A DNA stretch of 54,311 nucleotides, the filler included, from Circinaria calcarea (lineage: Eukaryota): the NCBI GenBank assembly GCA_051942165.1. It is 4 parts of 4 records of this genome, joined end to end, with 100 filler letters (N's around TTAATTAATTAA, not from the genome) between each part and the next. Parts side by side here need not be neighbours in the genome. Positions count along the whole stretch, not along the records: positions 27,211 to 40,712 come from JAVECS010000493.1; positions 40,813 to 54,311 come from JAVECS010000494.1; 2 more parts are not named here. One strand, written 5' to 3'. Positions 34,285-46,219 of the stretch are shown here, piece after piece. Each line of letters opens with the position of its first letter. The first letter of the stretch is position 1. Position numbers and translations under genes: made by a program. The notes beneath the pieces are model-generated. The model had not been told where the DNA came from. It searched no databases and worked only from the letters and a program-made list of their open reading frames with translations.

Positions 34285-34295
34285 AGAGGGGGGGG
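34285..34295 (+). promoter_or_regulatory. Polypurine tract, copy A
   Basis: AGAGGGGGGGG followed by TAA and the LTR2 start. Confidence 0.9.
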
Positions 34296-34298
34296 TAA

Positions 34299-34471
34299 TG
34301 TCACGGTTTTAGCGTCACGTGTCACGGGTTAACATAACACCGACCCGCTTCGCGGGCCGGGTCAGGGCCGAGATCAGGTGACCCACAATGTATTTAGCTT
34401 CTGCAGTGTGGGGATTCCATCCCCACACTTAAATCATAGTAAATACTGGAACCCAACTTCAGTCCCTGACA
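34299..34471 (+). repeat. LTR2 (173 bp), shared: 3' LTR of A and 5' LTR of B
   Basis: Preceded by the PPT of A and followed by the PBS and leader of B. Confidence 0.95.
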
Positions 34472-34680
34472 TAATTTAAGTGTCGCATCTAATACAGCAG
34501 TGAGATTCCTGCTGACTACGTTGCTAGGACTAGCTACTGCCGAAAGAGAGCGTGCTACAGAAACAGACCAGACTCACGCCTGCCGAAAGAGAGCGGCGTG
34601 TTACACAGAACGCGATCGTTGGCACTACTGCAGTGTCACCATCTAGCAAACTGGCTAAAGAAAGCAAGCCAGTAGGGACC

Positions 34681-36255
34681 ATGGTGTCGGGACCTAGTAC
34701 TGCAGCCAGATTGCAGGGTTCCATCGAGGAAGACACTCAGGACACTATGATGGATGATCGCCAGAACCCCGCAGTCGAGGATGAACTCTACGACTCAGAC
34801 CGAGAAATACCCCCTCCAGACACAGAGAAGGGTAAAGGGAGAACTAAGAAGCAGCCACGGAGACGGTACACTATCGACGTGGAGGATGACGGTGATATGA
34901 TCGTACTGGCAGACGAACACGCTCAGCGAGTTTTTGCTAAGGTCGATACACCAGAAGAATTCGTGAACAATGCGCAACAACACCCAGAAGTATGGTGTCA
35001 AGGCATTAAGGACCTAGTTCGAAGTATCGTGCACATCCGCGAAGGTCATCACGATCTGTCGCAACAAAATCAACAACTTGGCTTAGACATTGCGCATGAG
35101 AAAAGCGCTAGAAGGAAAGATTGTGCAGCCCTGAAGCTCGCCCAAAAAGAGGTTGGACAACTCCAACTTGACAATGAAAGAATCCGTAAACTGCGTGATC
35201 GTTGGCGTACACAAGCCGAAGAGACGGAAAAGAAGAGAATCGAACTCCATGGAGAGTTAGTGCTAATGCGAGCACTTCATGGGCAGCGCCGGAATGATCC
35301 TGAGTCGCCAGTCGACTCAGACGACGAGCAACATCGTCGTAACACCCCTATGAATCGACAGACCCCTGTCACCAATGCGACTTCGGGCACAGAAGGCCAC
35401 AACAAGAAATACCCCGATGTGCCTAACTTCCGCGGTGAAGATGATAGAGATGAATGGGAGCAATGGAGGATGCATCTCGAAACAAAATTCCGTCAAAGCT
35501 CAGTACTCTTCGGCAGTGAACAAGATAAGATTGATTACATTCGTGATCATTGTAAGGGGACTGCGTTTAACGTAATCAAGGCGCGAGCAAACCCCAAATA
35601 CGACCATGCCTACACGACAGCTGAAGAAGCCATACAAGATCTTGAGAATATGTTCGGAGAATATGATAAGGTGGCAAAAGCAGATGCTCGTTTACACGAC
35701 GTGAAGTTCCCCATGGGAATAATTAATAAGAATGAATCCTTTGATGAATTCCTCGCTCGATTCACCTCCACCGTCACTTTATTGGAACTCACCGATCTCC
35801 AGGTGATGTCGAACCTAAAGCGCTGTTTGAGTCCTCGCATTCAGTACAAGGTGCTGGATGGCACCACATATGCGAGTTCGAACCAACTTATCAAACGCTG
35901 CAGACAGTGCGATTTGGACTTTCAACAAACAGACAGTCTTGGTGCTAAACGGGGAAATAAGACGTCCAATAACGCAACAGCGAAGAATGTACCCAATACC
36001 AACACGAGCACCACTGATGTCAATCAGCGTTCAGCGAAACCTCGAAGACGATACCCCCAACATGTGATGGATAAACTGTTCAAAGAAAATCGATGCTTCA
36101 AATGTTTGAAGGCCGGACATCAGGCTAAAGATAAGGATGCTCCCTGTAAAGGAGACGCCTTTCTGACTTCCGAGCAAGTCGCTGTTCAGCTGAAAGCTAT
36201 TGGGGTTGAAGTAAACGACCCAGCCGAACTTGAAGGCAGTTCGGAAAACAAGTAG
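34681..36255 (+). CDS. gag: Gag, copy B (524 aa from first ATG)
   Basis: Colinear with Gag A; intact. Confidence 0.9.
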   Translation: MVSGPSTAARLQGSIEEDTQDTMMDDRQNPAVEDELYDSDREIPPPDTEKGKGRTKKQPRRRYTIDVEDDGDMIVLADEHAQRVFAKVDTPEEFVNNAQQHPEVWCQGIKDLVRSIVHIREGHHDLSQQNQQLGLDIAHEKSARRKDCAALKLAQKEVGQLQLDNERIRKLRDRWRTQAEETEKKRIELHGELVLMRALHGQRRNDPESPVDSDDEQHRRNTPMNRQTPVTNATSGTEGHNKKYPDVPNFRGEDDRDEWEQWRMHLETKFRQSSVLFGSEQDKIDYIRDHCKGTAFNVIKARANPKYDHAYTTAEEAIQDLENMFGEYDKVAKADARLHDVKFPMGIINKNESFDEFLARFTSTVTLLELTDLQVMSNLKRCLSPRIQYKVLDGTTYASSNQLIKRCRQCDLDFQQTDSLGAKRGNKTSNNATAKNVPNTNTSTTDVNQRSAKPRRRYPQHVMDKLFKENRCFKCLKAGHQAKDKDAPCKGDAFLTSEQVAVQLKAIGVEVNDPAELEGSSENK

Positions 36256-36282
36256 TCCCTGGCGATAGTCGCCCCCAGGGAC
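36243..36282 (+). promoter_or_regulatory. -1 frameshift signal, copy B
   Basis: G_GAA_AAC at 36243-49 and the same hairpin at 36255-82; the single change from A lies in the bulge. Confidence 0.82.
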
Positions 36283-39200
36283 AATTGGAGGACCAATTGC
36301 GCAGAAGAATACAGGAGCTGGAAGCTACAGTCAGTGCTTCCTGCGCTACTGTCAGTGTGTCGTCTTGTTGTGTGGATACAGAACCATCTTTACAGGAGGG
36401 TAGACAATTCGACTTCGATTCAATGATCCGAACACCCAATGGCAGCTACGTGAGCGCCTCCAGTCTCACGGACACAGGAGCGTCTGCTGCGGGCTTCATT
36501 GACGCGGTGTTTGTTAAGAAACAGAGGATCCCAACAGTGAAGCTAACCAAGCCTATTAACCTCCGGCTGGCAGACGATAAACTCGCCCCACAGATCACGC
36601 ACATGGCCCAAGTAACCTTTAAGCTCGGTGACCACGCAGACGAGCTATGGTGCTTGGTAACAACGTTGGGGAAGTTTGACCTGATTCTGGGAATGCCATG
36701 GCTTGAGCAACATGAGCCCCGCGTCCGCTTCAAAGAGAGATCTCTGACATTCAACTCAAACCATTGCATGTCCAGCTGTCTGCCTAACAGCAGGCCAGTG
36801 ATAGTGTACAGTAAGAGTGGGCCTCGCACAGAGAAGCCAGGGGGCATACAGCAGAGGGACCAGCATGATATCGCTGAAGTCTCCGCCTACGCTTTGTTGA
36901 AGCTTGCGGAGAAGAAAGACAACCAATTGATTGCGATGTGGCCCAAGCATTTTGAGCAGTTGGCTCGCCCGGAGACAGAGGATGTGTTAATGTTGACCAG
37001 TGCGTTTACCACTAAGGTCGCCGCCATCTCCGCCGACGACTATGACAAATTTTTCAGCAAAATGAAGAAAACTCCAGTGACTCGAACCTAGCTGGAAAAA
37101 CTAGTACCATAGGACTACCATGAATTCTTGGATGTGTGGAACCTAGTGGAAGCTAATAAGCTCCCCCCGCACAGGTCGGTGGACCATAGGATAGACTTGA
37201 AAGAGGGCTCACACCCAGTGGCCAAGAAGGCCTATGGCTTGTCTAGGGACCAAGCAGCAGTAGTGAAAGGGTACATTGATGAGATGTTAGGGAAAGGATA
37301 CATTAGACCCAGCACGTCTCCTTACGCTGCCCCAGTCTTGATAGTCAAGAAGCCAGACGGAGGACTGCGGGTATGCGTTGACTACAGGGCCCTGAATGCC
37401 CTAACAGTCAAGAACCGCAACGCACCACCGCTGATACGGGAAACACTGTCCCGGTTATGTTCTGCCAGAATCTACAGCAAATTCGACATCATCGCCGCCT
37501 TCAATGAGATTCGAATTAAAGAAGGAGACGAGCAGAAAACCGCATTCCTCACGCGGTACGGGCTGTTCGAATACGTGGTGATGCCTTTCGGACTGTGCAA
37601 TGCGCCGGGTACTTTCCAGGCGTTCATCAATGAGACGCTGAGGGAATATCTTGACATCTTCTGTACTGCCTACGTTGATGATATCCTAATCTATAGTGAC
37701 TCACAGGCAGACCATACCAATCATGTAAAGAAGATTCTTCGAGCACTTCAGAAAGCTGGTTTGTACCTCGATATCAAGAAATGCGAGTTCAACGTTACTC
37801 AAGTCAAGTACCTGGGGTTGATCATTACCACCGATGGACTTAAGATGGACCCTAAGAAGGTCGAAACGGTACAGCAGTGGCAGACACCGAGATGCATTAA
37901 AGACGTACAGGCATTTCTCGGTTTCGCGAACTTCTATCGAAGGTTTGTCGCTGCGTACTCGAAGATAGCGGCACCGCTCACAGCACTCACGAGAGGCAAC
38001 CAGAAAGATTTCGCCTTTCCCTGGGCAGAGGGGAGTGCCGAACAAGCTGCTTTCCAGACATTGAAATTGGCCTTCACCACGGCGCCGGTCCTTATGCACT
38101 TCAACCCTGATAAAGAGGCATGGATCGAGTCCGACGCTTCGGACTACGTGGTGGCGGCAGTACTCTCGCAGAAGGACGAGAAAGGAGTATTACGACCAGT
38201 TGCCTTCATGTCAAAGAAGATGTCACCCCAGGAATGCAATTACGAGATTTACGACAAGGAACTACTGGCAATCATCCGCGCTTTTGAAGAATGGCATCCG
38301 GAGTTAGCGGGGACACCTGTTGAGGACCCAATCAAGGTGGTCACGGATCATAAGAACCTTGAATACTTCATGACTACAAAACAGCTGAACCGCCGTCAAG
38401 CAAGATGGGCGGAATTCCTCTCGGAGTTCAATTTCCGAATCACATACAGACCTGGAAGATTAGGCACCAAGCCGGATAGCCTAACACGACGACCTGGGGA
38501 CCTACCGGAAGCGAAGGACGACATGCGACGTCAGTTTCAGCACCAGACCATTATCAGAGACTATAACCTTAGTAATGGAATGCGACCCGCTATTCAGCTC
38601 GCGACGATCCTGCTCGACGAGTTAGAGTACACGACGAACTACTTAACTGCATTGATTTATGACCTTAGTGAAGGGGGTTCCGGAGGTGAGGAGCAACTAG
38701 AAGAATCATCTTCGCGAACCCCTGAGGGAAGGTCGTCTGTGGAGGAGCCATTAGAAGAATCCATAGATGACCCACCTACTACTGGGCCAGAGATCATGGA
38801 GCAAGTACGAGCCGCGTATGATAACGACGAGACCGTTCAACGGATCATGCACGCTAAACAAGCTGGAGAAAGAAAGATACCTTTCGATATTGCTCACAAG
38901 GAACATGTGAAGCTCGAGTTAGGAGAATGCACGATACACGAGGGACTTCTTTATGTAGGGGAACGGCTGTATGTACCACAGGATGAAGACCAGACTTTAC
39001 GAACACAAGTCTTGAAGGAAATTCACGAATCACCACCGGGCGGGCATGCAGGCCGAACCTCGACATATGATAGACTAAGCCGGCATTACTACTGGCCACG
39101 CATGACAGACTCGGTGGCTCGATACGTCAAGAGCTGTCACACCTGCAAAAGATCGAAGAGTTACAAGGAGGGCAAACAAGGACTGCTTAAACCCCTGCCA

Positions 39201-40433
39201 ATCCCAGACCGATATTGGACGGATATCTCAGTGGACTTTATCACCCCACTACCATACTGTCACCGGTACGGAAGGAACTATCAGCACATTATGGTAGTAG
39301 TGGATAGACTGTCTAAAAAGAAAAAGTTCGCACCACTAGACTCTCTCGAGGTGGAAGCAGTGGTACAAGCCTTTGTGGAATGGGTCTGGAGGGAAGAGGG
39401 ATACCCAAAGACGGTGGTCTCGGACAGAGGAACACAATTCACCTCACACTTCTGGCAACGGTTATGCAAGAGAATTGGTACTAAGCCAAAGATGTCGACA
39501 TCCTTCCACCCTGAGACAGACGGACAGACAGAAAGCGCCAACGCTGCACTGAAGCAATACTTACGCGCCTATGTCAACTATGACCAGGATAATTGGGTAG
39601 ACTTCTTGCCAATCGCGGAATTCGAGGCCAACTCAGACAGAAACGACTCCACCGGAATAGCCCCGTTCCTCGCTACAAAAGGTTACCTGCCGCGCTCAGG
39701 GACAGAGCCACCGACCCCTTGGGATAAAGAAGTAACCGCCCCAGCACGGACGGAGCTGAAGGCGGCAGATGGGTTTATCAAGAAGATAGAGGACATCAGA
39801 ACTTATCTGAGAGAACAGCTGAAATGGGCACAGGCTCTACAGTCAGAGCAAGCAAACCGGAAGCGCCAAGCTGCCCCGGAGTTCCGAGAAGGAGACATGG
39901 TGATGCTTGACGCGCGCAATATCAAAACGATGCGCCCGACAAAGTCACTGGACCATAAAAACCTGGGTCCTTTCAAGATAATAAAAGCAATCAATAACAT
40001 GGCTTACGAATTGGAACTGCCGGAGTCGATGAAAGGATTATTCCCTGTCTTTCACCCATGGCTACTACACTTGGACAATAGCGACCCTTTGCCAGGACAG
40101 ACAGAGCCGCCTCCACCTCCAGTTGCAGTGGATACGGACACCGAAACCGGAGAGTACTACGCAGAGGAAATCCTAGATGCAAAGATAGATAAGAGACGGA
40201 AAGACCCTGTGACGGGCGAAAAAGGTTGCTTGATGTATAAGATTAGGTACTCAGGCTACGACAACTACAACACGATACCAGAATGGCAGGTGTGGACAGA
40301 CGCCGCAGGGTCACCGGATCTGATAGCAGATTTCCACCATAAACATGGAGACACGAAGCCGGGGCCCCACGAGAGCTTCAAGACGCCAGAAGGATGGATC
40401 CCTTTATTGGACATGCTAATCAGCTCGACCTAG
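36243..40433 (+). pseudogene. pol: Pol, copy B, with in-frame TAG at 37089 and 37110
   Basis: ORFs 36285-37091 and 37128-40433 are in the same frame and both align to Pol A. Confidence 0.9.
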
Positions 40434-40665
40434 GGCTGACTGATGGAAGCTTAGGATCCTGGACATGTGTCGATATACTGAATCAAGGCGGTGCTCTTCT
40501 AGTCAATAGAATCACTGCTGAACGACTGAGGAGGTTGACTCGTATGCCTGCACAGCACGCCTTCGCTTACCAGAAAGATCAGCACCGAAGCAGCTGTATT
40601 ACACCCAGAAGAGAGGGGGGACTACAAGAGACGTCGCCGGAGCTCGTGTTTAGAGGGGGGGGTAA

Positions 40666-40712
40666 TGTCACGGTTTTAGCGTCACGTGTCACGGGTTAAC
40701 ATAACACCGACC
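40666..40712 (+). repeat. LTR3, first 47 bp (truncated by the gap), preceded by PPT at 40652-40662
   Basis: Identical to the first 47 bp of LTR1 and LTR2. Confidence 0.93.
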
Positions 40713-40812
40713 NNNNNNNNNNNNNNNNNNNNNNNNNNNNNNNNNNNNNNNNNNNNTTAATTAATTAANNNNNNNNNNNNNNNNNNNNNNNNNNNNNNNN
40801 NNNNNNNNNNNN
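40713..40812. other. Artificial contig spacer
   Basis: N44-TTAATTAATTAA-N44. Confidence 0.97.
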
Positions 40813-41784
40813 CCTTTCCCCCTCCCCTCACGCATTCTCCCATTCTCCCATTCTCCCAATCTCCCAATCTCCCATTCTCCACAAACCTGCCCCCATCCTC
40901 CCCTTTAGCTTCCACCCGTCGCCATCGCCATCGCCCGCCGGCCAAGTCATCAACGCGGGAACCGTGAGCGGCGAATCGCGCGGATCGATCAGTCTCCATC
41001 CCCATCATGCGGTTGAAGGGTTCCGAGGTTGTTTGGGGAAGAGGACGGCGCCGGGGCGGAGGATGAAGACTCTGAAGTTGGACGGAAGGCGGGGACGGGC
41101 GATCCTGGTTTTGAGGGATCTGAGAGAGAGCCAGGAGGTCGAGTTTCGAGTTTCGAGTTTCGAGTTCAAACTCTGGGGTCGGGTGATTCTAGATGTCTAG
41201 GCAAGGGCGGGAGGGAGGATTGAAAAAAAAGGGGGGCGGGGAACGATATACCCCCATCCGTCAGCCTTCGACCTTCCTGCATAAAACCCGAGCGCGATCA
41301 GGGAAAACCCGCGCTCGACGACCATTCCCGCTGAGGGATACGAAGCGGGAAAGGGTGCGCCCCTTTTGGGGAGATGGGGGGGGGGAGGCGTGAGGAGAGA
41401 TTGCAAAGGCATTTTGCGGTCGGGTGAGGGTGTATACGAGATGAAGCGGTTCGATTGGAAGACCGGAAAGGGGGGGGGGAGGTGGCGATCTGGGTTCCCT
41501 CGACGACCAAGAAAATGTATAAGTTCACCACAGGGCGCTAAGGAAAGCTGATCCGAGAAGCAGTATTATTGTTATTATATTTTAGCTTCTGGGTTATCTT
41601 TTTTTCAAACCAAGCCACTTCCACATTCCAATATTAGACACGAAAGTGAATAAAGAACAAGTGACGGCAAACAGCGAAGACGATATATCCTCACCACAGA
41701 AACGTCATCTATCTGCTAGCGACCCTATACACTCTCCACATCTCTACTTTCCCCTTCCACCCAACTCTCCCCTCATCTACGGTC

Positions 41785-44700
41785 CTACTCCAGCTTCAAC
41801 CGCTCAAACTGCTGAATACTCTCCTCAAACTCCCTACACTCCGCCTCCGCATCCCTTAACTTCCTCCTCTCCACCTCCTGCAGCTCATCCGCCACTTTAC
41901 TCCGGAATCCCTCGTCGTCCAGGATCCCCCTCTGTTTCCGCACATTCTCGCTTGCCCGCTCCAGCTTCTTCTGCGCCTTCGAGATCTCGGCCTCGATATC
42001 GACTCGGCCCTTGACAAGAAGGAATACCGCGGCAGAAGAGGAGACGGCGAAGACGACGCAGCCGGTCGGTTTGTGGTCGTGCGCGCCGAGAATGGAGATA
42101 TGGGAGACGCCTTTGCCGGAGAGGGAGCGGATGGAGGGAAGTTCAGAGGTGCAGGTGGTATGAGCTTTGGAGTCGTAGAGCTGGACGTAGACGAACCCGT
42201 TGTCTTTGATCGCGTATTCGGCCATCAAGGAGCGGATACCTTTGGAGACGGCGAGGAGCAGTTCATAGGCTTCTTCCGAGGCCGAGTCGTCTTGGGAACG
42301 GTCGTAAGTGGGGTAGGCAGCTTTTACAATGGTTGGGTTGGAATCTTTGGGGCGGCGGGGAAGACGTTGCCAGAGCTCTTCTGTGAGGAACGGCATAAAG
42401 GGGTGAATCATCGTAAGGCCGCCTTCGAGGGCTGTGTAGAGGGTATTTTTAGTGGATCTTTGCTCTTCGGCCGAGCCATTATCGAGTAGAGATTTCGAGT
42501 TTTCTATAAAGGCGTCGCAGAGGTGCGTATACCAATACTGGTAGGCAACTGACGTCGATTGGGAGAATTCTCGGTCCGTCAAAGCTTGATTGATTTCCTT
42601 GGCAGCAATGGTAAGCTTATGTAGGATCCAGCGTTCTGCAAGAGATTCTTTGCCGGTTCTGGATGAGGTAGGTTCAGGCACGAAGTCAGAATCGATTCTT
42701 CCCAGGACATATTTAGTGGCCTGATATATCTTGTTGCAAAAACGTCGATAGCCATGGATGACCTTGACGTCGAAATTAAGGTCTCCTCCTAGGACATGTC
42801 AATACCAGTGGACAGTGTGGAAAAAGCAAATACTGACCGCCGGTCGTGTAAGATACCAAGGAAAATCTTAATGCATCAGCACCGCACTCAGGTATGCCAT
42901 CCGGGAAGGACGTCTTCTGAAATCTCGTAGCGGTAGTCAATTCCTTCGGATCCAAGTTTCCAACAAGTAATTTTTCATGCAGCGCCTGCAACTGGATTCC
43001 TTCAATGACATCTTGGAGAAAATGTGAGCTAAATTCTAGATAGCAAATCATGTGAAGCTTCATACCTAAAGGATCTATGACATTCCCCAGGGATTTACTA
43101 AGTCTCTATTAGTATCACAGTGTGACTCTTGGAATCCTGCTCATTGTACCTCATCTTGCGCCCTTCCGAATCCCGTACTATGTGCATAGTTAGCACTCTA
43201 AATCGTGGTCATTCAGCAAGCTAACGGTCTTACCCAACGAATGACAGTAGACTTCTCGAAAAGGAACCTTCTTTGTCAAATGGAGCGAAAGCATTATCAT
43301 ACGAGAAACCCAAAAGAACAAGATATCCCAGCCTGCAAAAGATATGAGTAGTCTATACATAATACAGCTTCAAGGAACACTTACCGGTTTCTAACATAGA
43401 TTGAGGAAATAGGCGTTCCATATCAGGAGTATCCTTAGGCCAGCCGAGAGTAGAGAAGGGCCATAGGCCCCTTTGAAGTATTAGCAAGATTGACCATGCA
43501 GTAAAAGCTTGAAATACTACTTACGAGGAGAACCACGTGTCTAAAACATCCGGGTCCCTGGTCAAGGTGATCCTCTTGCCCGGGAATTTGACTTTTGCTA
43601 TTTCTTTGGCAGCGGCTTCATCGTGCGCAACTATCCATCTTTCACCATCACTATTATCGCCGGGTTTCCCGTCGATTTCAACAAAATATGCAGGAATCTG
43701 ATGTCCCCACCATAACTGTCGGGAGAGGCACCTATCCAAGTGTCAACTGCGATGCCATGGTCGAGCTACTACACACATACCAATCATGAACGTTCTCCAT
43801 CCATCGGAGATAGCTTTTCTGAGCACTTTCTGGCCTTATTGTTATCTCCCCATCTTTGACAGCGTTAGTAGCGGCATCTGCGAGCCCTTGCATCCGCATC
43901 CACCATTGTGGTTTTATGACCGGCTCGATGACATCCTTCGACCTGTCGCTAATCGGAACCTTCATAGCGTTATGCTCCCACTTGACATATAGACCCTTTT
44001 CTTTTAGTTTGGCGATAACTTTATACCGAGCATCGAATCGCTTCATCCCGTTGAAATCTCCGGTATTGTGGTTCATCGTTCCGTTATCATTAAGGATGTT
44101 AATAAAGGCAAAGCTGTGTCGTTGACCGAGAGCGAAATCGTTGGCATCATGTGCAGGTCTGCCAGCTGGTTTATCAGCGTCTTCTAAAGTCGATATAAGG
44201 AAGCGTATTTCCAAGATAACTCACGTAATTTTAACAGCTCCAGTCCCGAATGCTAGGTTAGGGTTAGCAACCCCAAGTCAGCTTTGCTAAAGGACGGTCA
44301 ACTGGACTGGGATACGTTACTTACCGGGATCAACATAATCATCGGCAACAATAGGCATCAAGCGGTCGATAAATGGATGCCTTGCGTTCTTACCTATTAG
44401 ATGCTTATAGCGCTCATCTGCAGGATGCACCGCAATTCCGCTGTCCCCAAGCATTGTTTCGGGTCTCGTCGTTGCAATCTCTATGCTCTCATCCGACTCT
44501 TCGATTTCGTACTTGAAGTGCGTCAATATCCCAAACTCAATCTTCTTCTCGTAGCCGGGGACGTCCAACAGGGTCCGTCCTTCGAGCTCCTTATTGACAA
44601 CCTCTAGATTCGATAGTGCAGTATTGAGTTGGCAATCCCATGATACTAGCCGATTTGCCCTATATATCAGACCTTCACTGTGCAAGCGTACAAACGACTC

Positions 44701-45822
44701 ATTCACAGCAGCGGATAGTTCTGGGGATAGGGTAAACACCTCACGAGAGAAATCAACCGAGGAGCCCATACGACGCAGGACATTATTAATCTTGGTATGG
44801 TACTCATCCTTCCAGGTCCAGCAAAGTCTTACAAGCTCTTCTCTTCCAACATCATGACGAGTTTTTTTCTGCCGTCGCCACAACATGTTCTCAATAACAT
44901 TCTGTGTGGCAATGCCGGCATGATCGCTAGACGGCTGTTAGCTTTCAGCTGTGGATGATGTTGCTTGTACGTTACTTACCAACCAGGAATCCAAAGAGTC
45001 GTTTTCCCAAGCATACGATTCCACCGTATCATTGTGTCTTGAAGTGCATTCGTTATAGCATGACCCATATGTAAAGCACCCGTAACATTGGGTGGTGGGA
45101 TCGGTATTGAGAAATATCCCTCCTTCTTCACCTTTCCATCCGGGGCAAACTCTGGTTCCATAAACCCTTGTTTTTCCCACCAGGCGTACCATCCTGACTC
45201 CACGACCTTAGGATTATAGGCCTTGTGATATTGGTCGTCAAGAGGTTTGAGGACTGTGAGACTGTCAGTGCTGCTTTGTTCGATACTGGTACAAATCAAA
45301 CAAACGTACTTTTCTTCTCCCCTGCAGGCGTCTCCTCCCTGTATTCCGGTAAAGGCTCATCTTTCGCAGCTCCTAACTTGGCTTTCTTCTCCTGCGTCTT
45401 GGATGGGGCAGCCGTAGTCGGACCTTTAAGAGCAGCCTTTGCTTGCTTCTCTGCGAATTTCCTGTCCTTTTCCGCTTTCTTACGTTCCTTTTCTACTACA
45501 AGAGAAAATCAGATATCATGGATTATCATTGCGGCTAGTAGTACAATGAAAGTATGACTAGATAGGATCCCTACACTCTTTCTCGCTTTTGATTTTCTTC
45601 CCTCCTTCTTCATCGCCGCCATCTTGACCACCGGCATGTTGTCCCAGGGGATCTTCCTTCTGTGCTCCTAGAAGCTCTGCGGTAGCCTCCGAGGATAGTT
45701 GAGGCGGCTGGCCAGTGATCGGACCCGTCTTTGACCCAGCTGGGTAATCTAGATTAGTAAAGCATAAATGGCAAGGCATTTGGGCAAATACTTGGATTAT
45801 GAGACGCTGCGTTAAGTGCCAT
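41785..45822 (-). CDS. VAS1: Valyl-tRNA synthetase, multi-exon; first in-frame ATG at 45822
   Basis: [14 protein letters not shown] (HIGH-type), [85 protein letters not shown] and a C-terminal coiled coil. Confidence 0.96.
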
Positions 45823-46051
45823 GGCCGTGGTCCGTATGGTTCTGCTGTGTTTACTGAAAGGAACAGCGCGGAATACTCGCGCCTTGAAGAGAATCTTGAG
45901 GATGTTTGAGCAGGGCGTGACCCTGATATGCACAGAGGCCTTCAGTACTCAACTGAAGAGCTGGAAAGCCTTCCGTGGTCAGAGCTTCGTGAGAGGTGCT
46001 GAGGTGGTGAACCAAATATAGAGTCGTCGTTCAGTAAGAATCATGCAGCGA

Positions 46052-46198
46052 GAGTCGTACGGTGAAAGTCGTGCAGTAAAAGTCGTGCAGTAAAAGTCGT
46101 AGAGTGAAAGGCGTACAGTGAAAGTCATGTAGTAACGTCGTGGAGTGAAGGTCGTGCAGCATGCAGCGACAATCGTGTAGCAGAAGTCGTGCAGTGAA
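46052..46198. repeat. Degenerate 14-bp minisatellite (AAGTCGTGCAGTRA), about 10 copies, upstream of VAS1
   Basis: Successive units such as aagtcgtgcagtaa, aagtcgtagagtga, aaggcgtacagtga and aagtcatgtagtaa. Confidence 0.85.
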
Positions 46199-46212
46199 TA
46201 AGTTACTTGCCG

Positions 46213-46219
46213 TGACTCA
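46213..46219. promoter_or_regulatory. Gcn4/CpcA (cross-pathway control) site TGACTCA, about 390 bp upstream of VAS1
   Basis: Perfect consensus; aminoacyl-tRNA synthetase genes are typical targets. A 7-mer can occur by chance. Confidence 0.5.

Larger units (their letters stand above)
27929..34471 (+). mobile_element. Ty3/gypsy chromovirus LTR retrotransposon, copy A (6543 bp, ORFs intact)
   Basis: TGTCA..TGACA LTRs at both ends, gag, -1 frameshifted pol (PR-RT-RH-IN-chromodomain) and PPT. Confidence 0.97.
34299..40712 (+). mobile_element. Ty3/gypsy chromovirus copy B (pol interrupted by two stops; 3' LTR cut by the gap)
   Basis: Same architecture as copy A, colinear, with many synonymous differences. 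Confidence 0.95.

Noticed and set aside
40813..41560. Short ORFs and microsatellites (TTCTCCCA, GAGTTTC)
   Set aside because: Low-complexity sequence with no recognisable protein.
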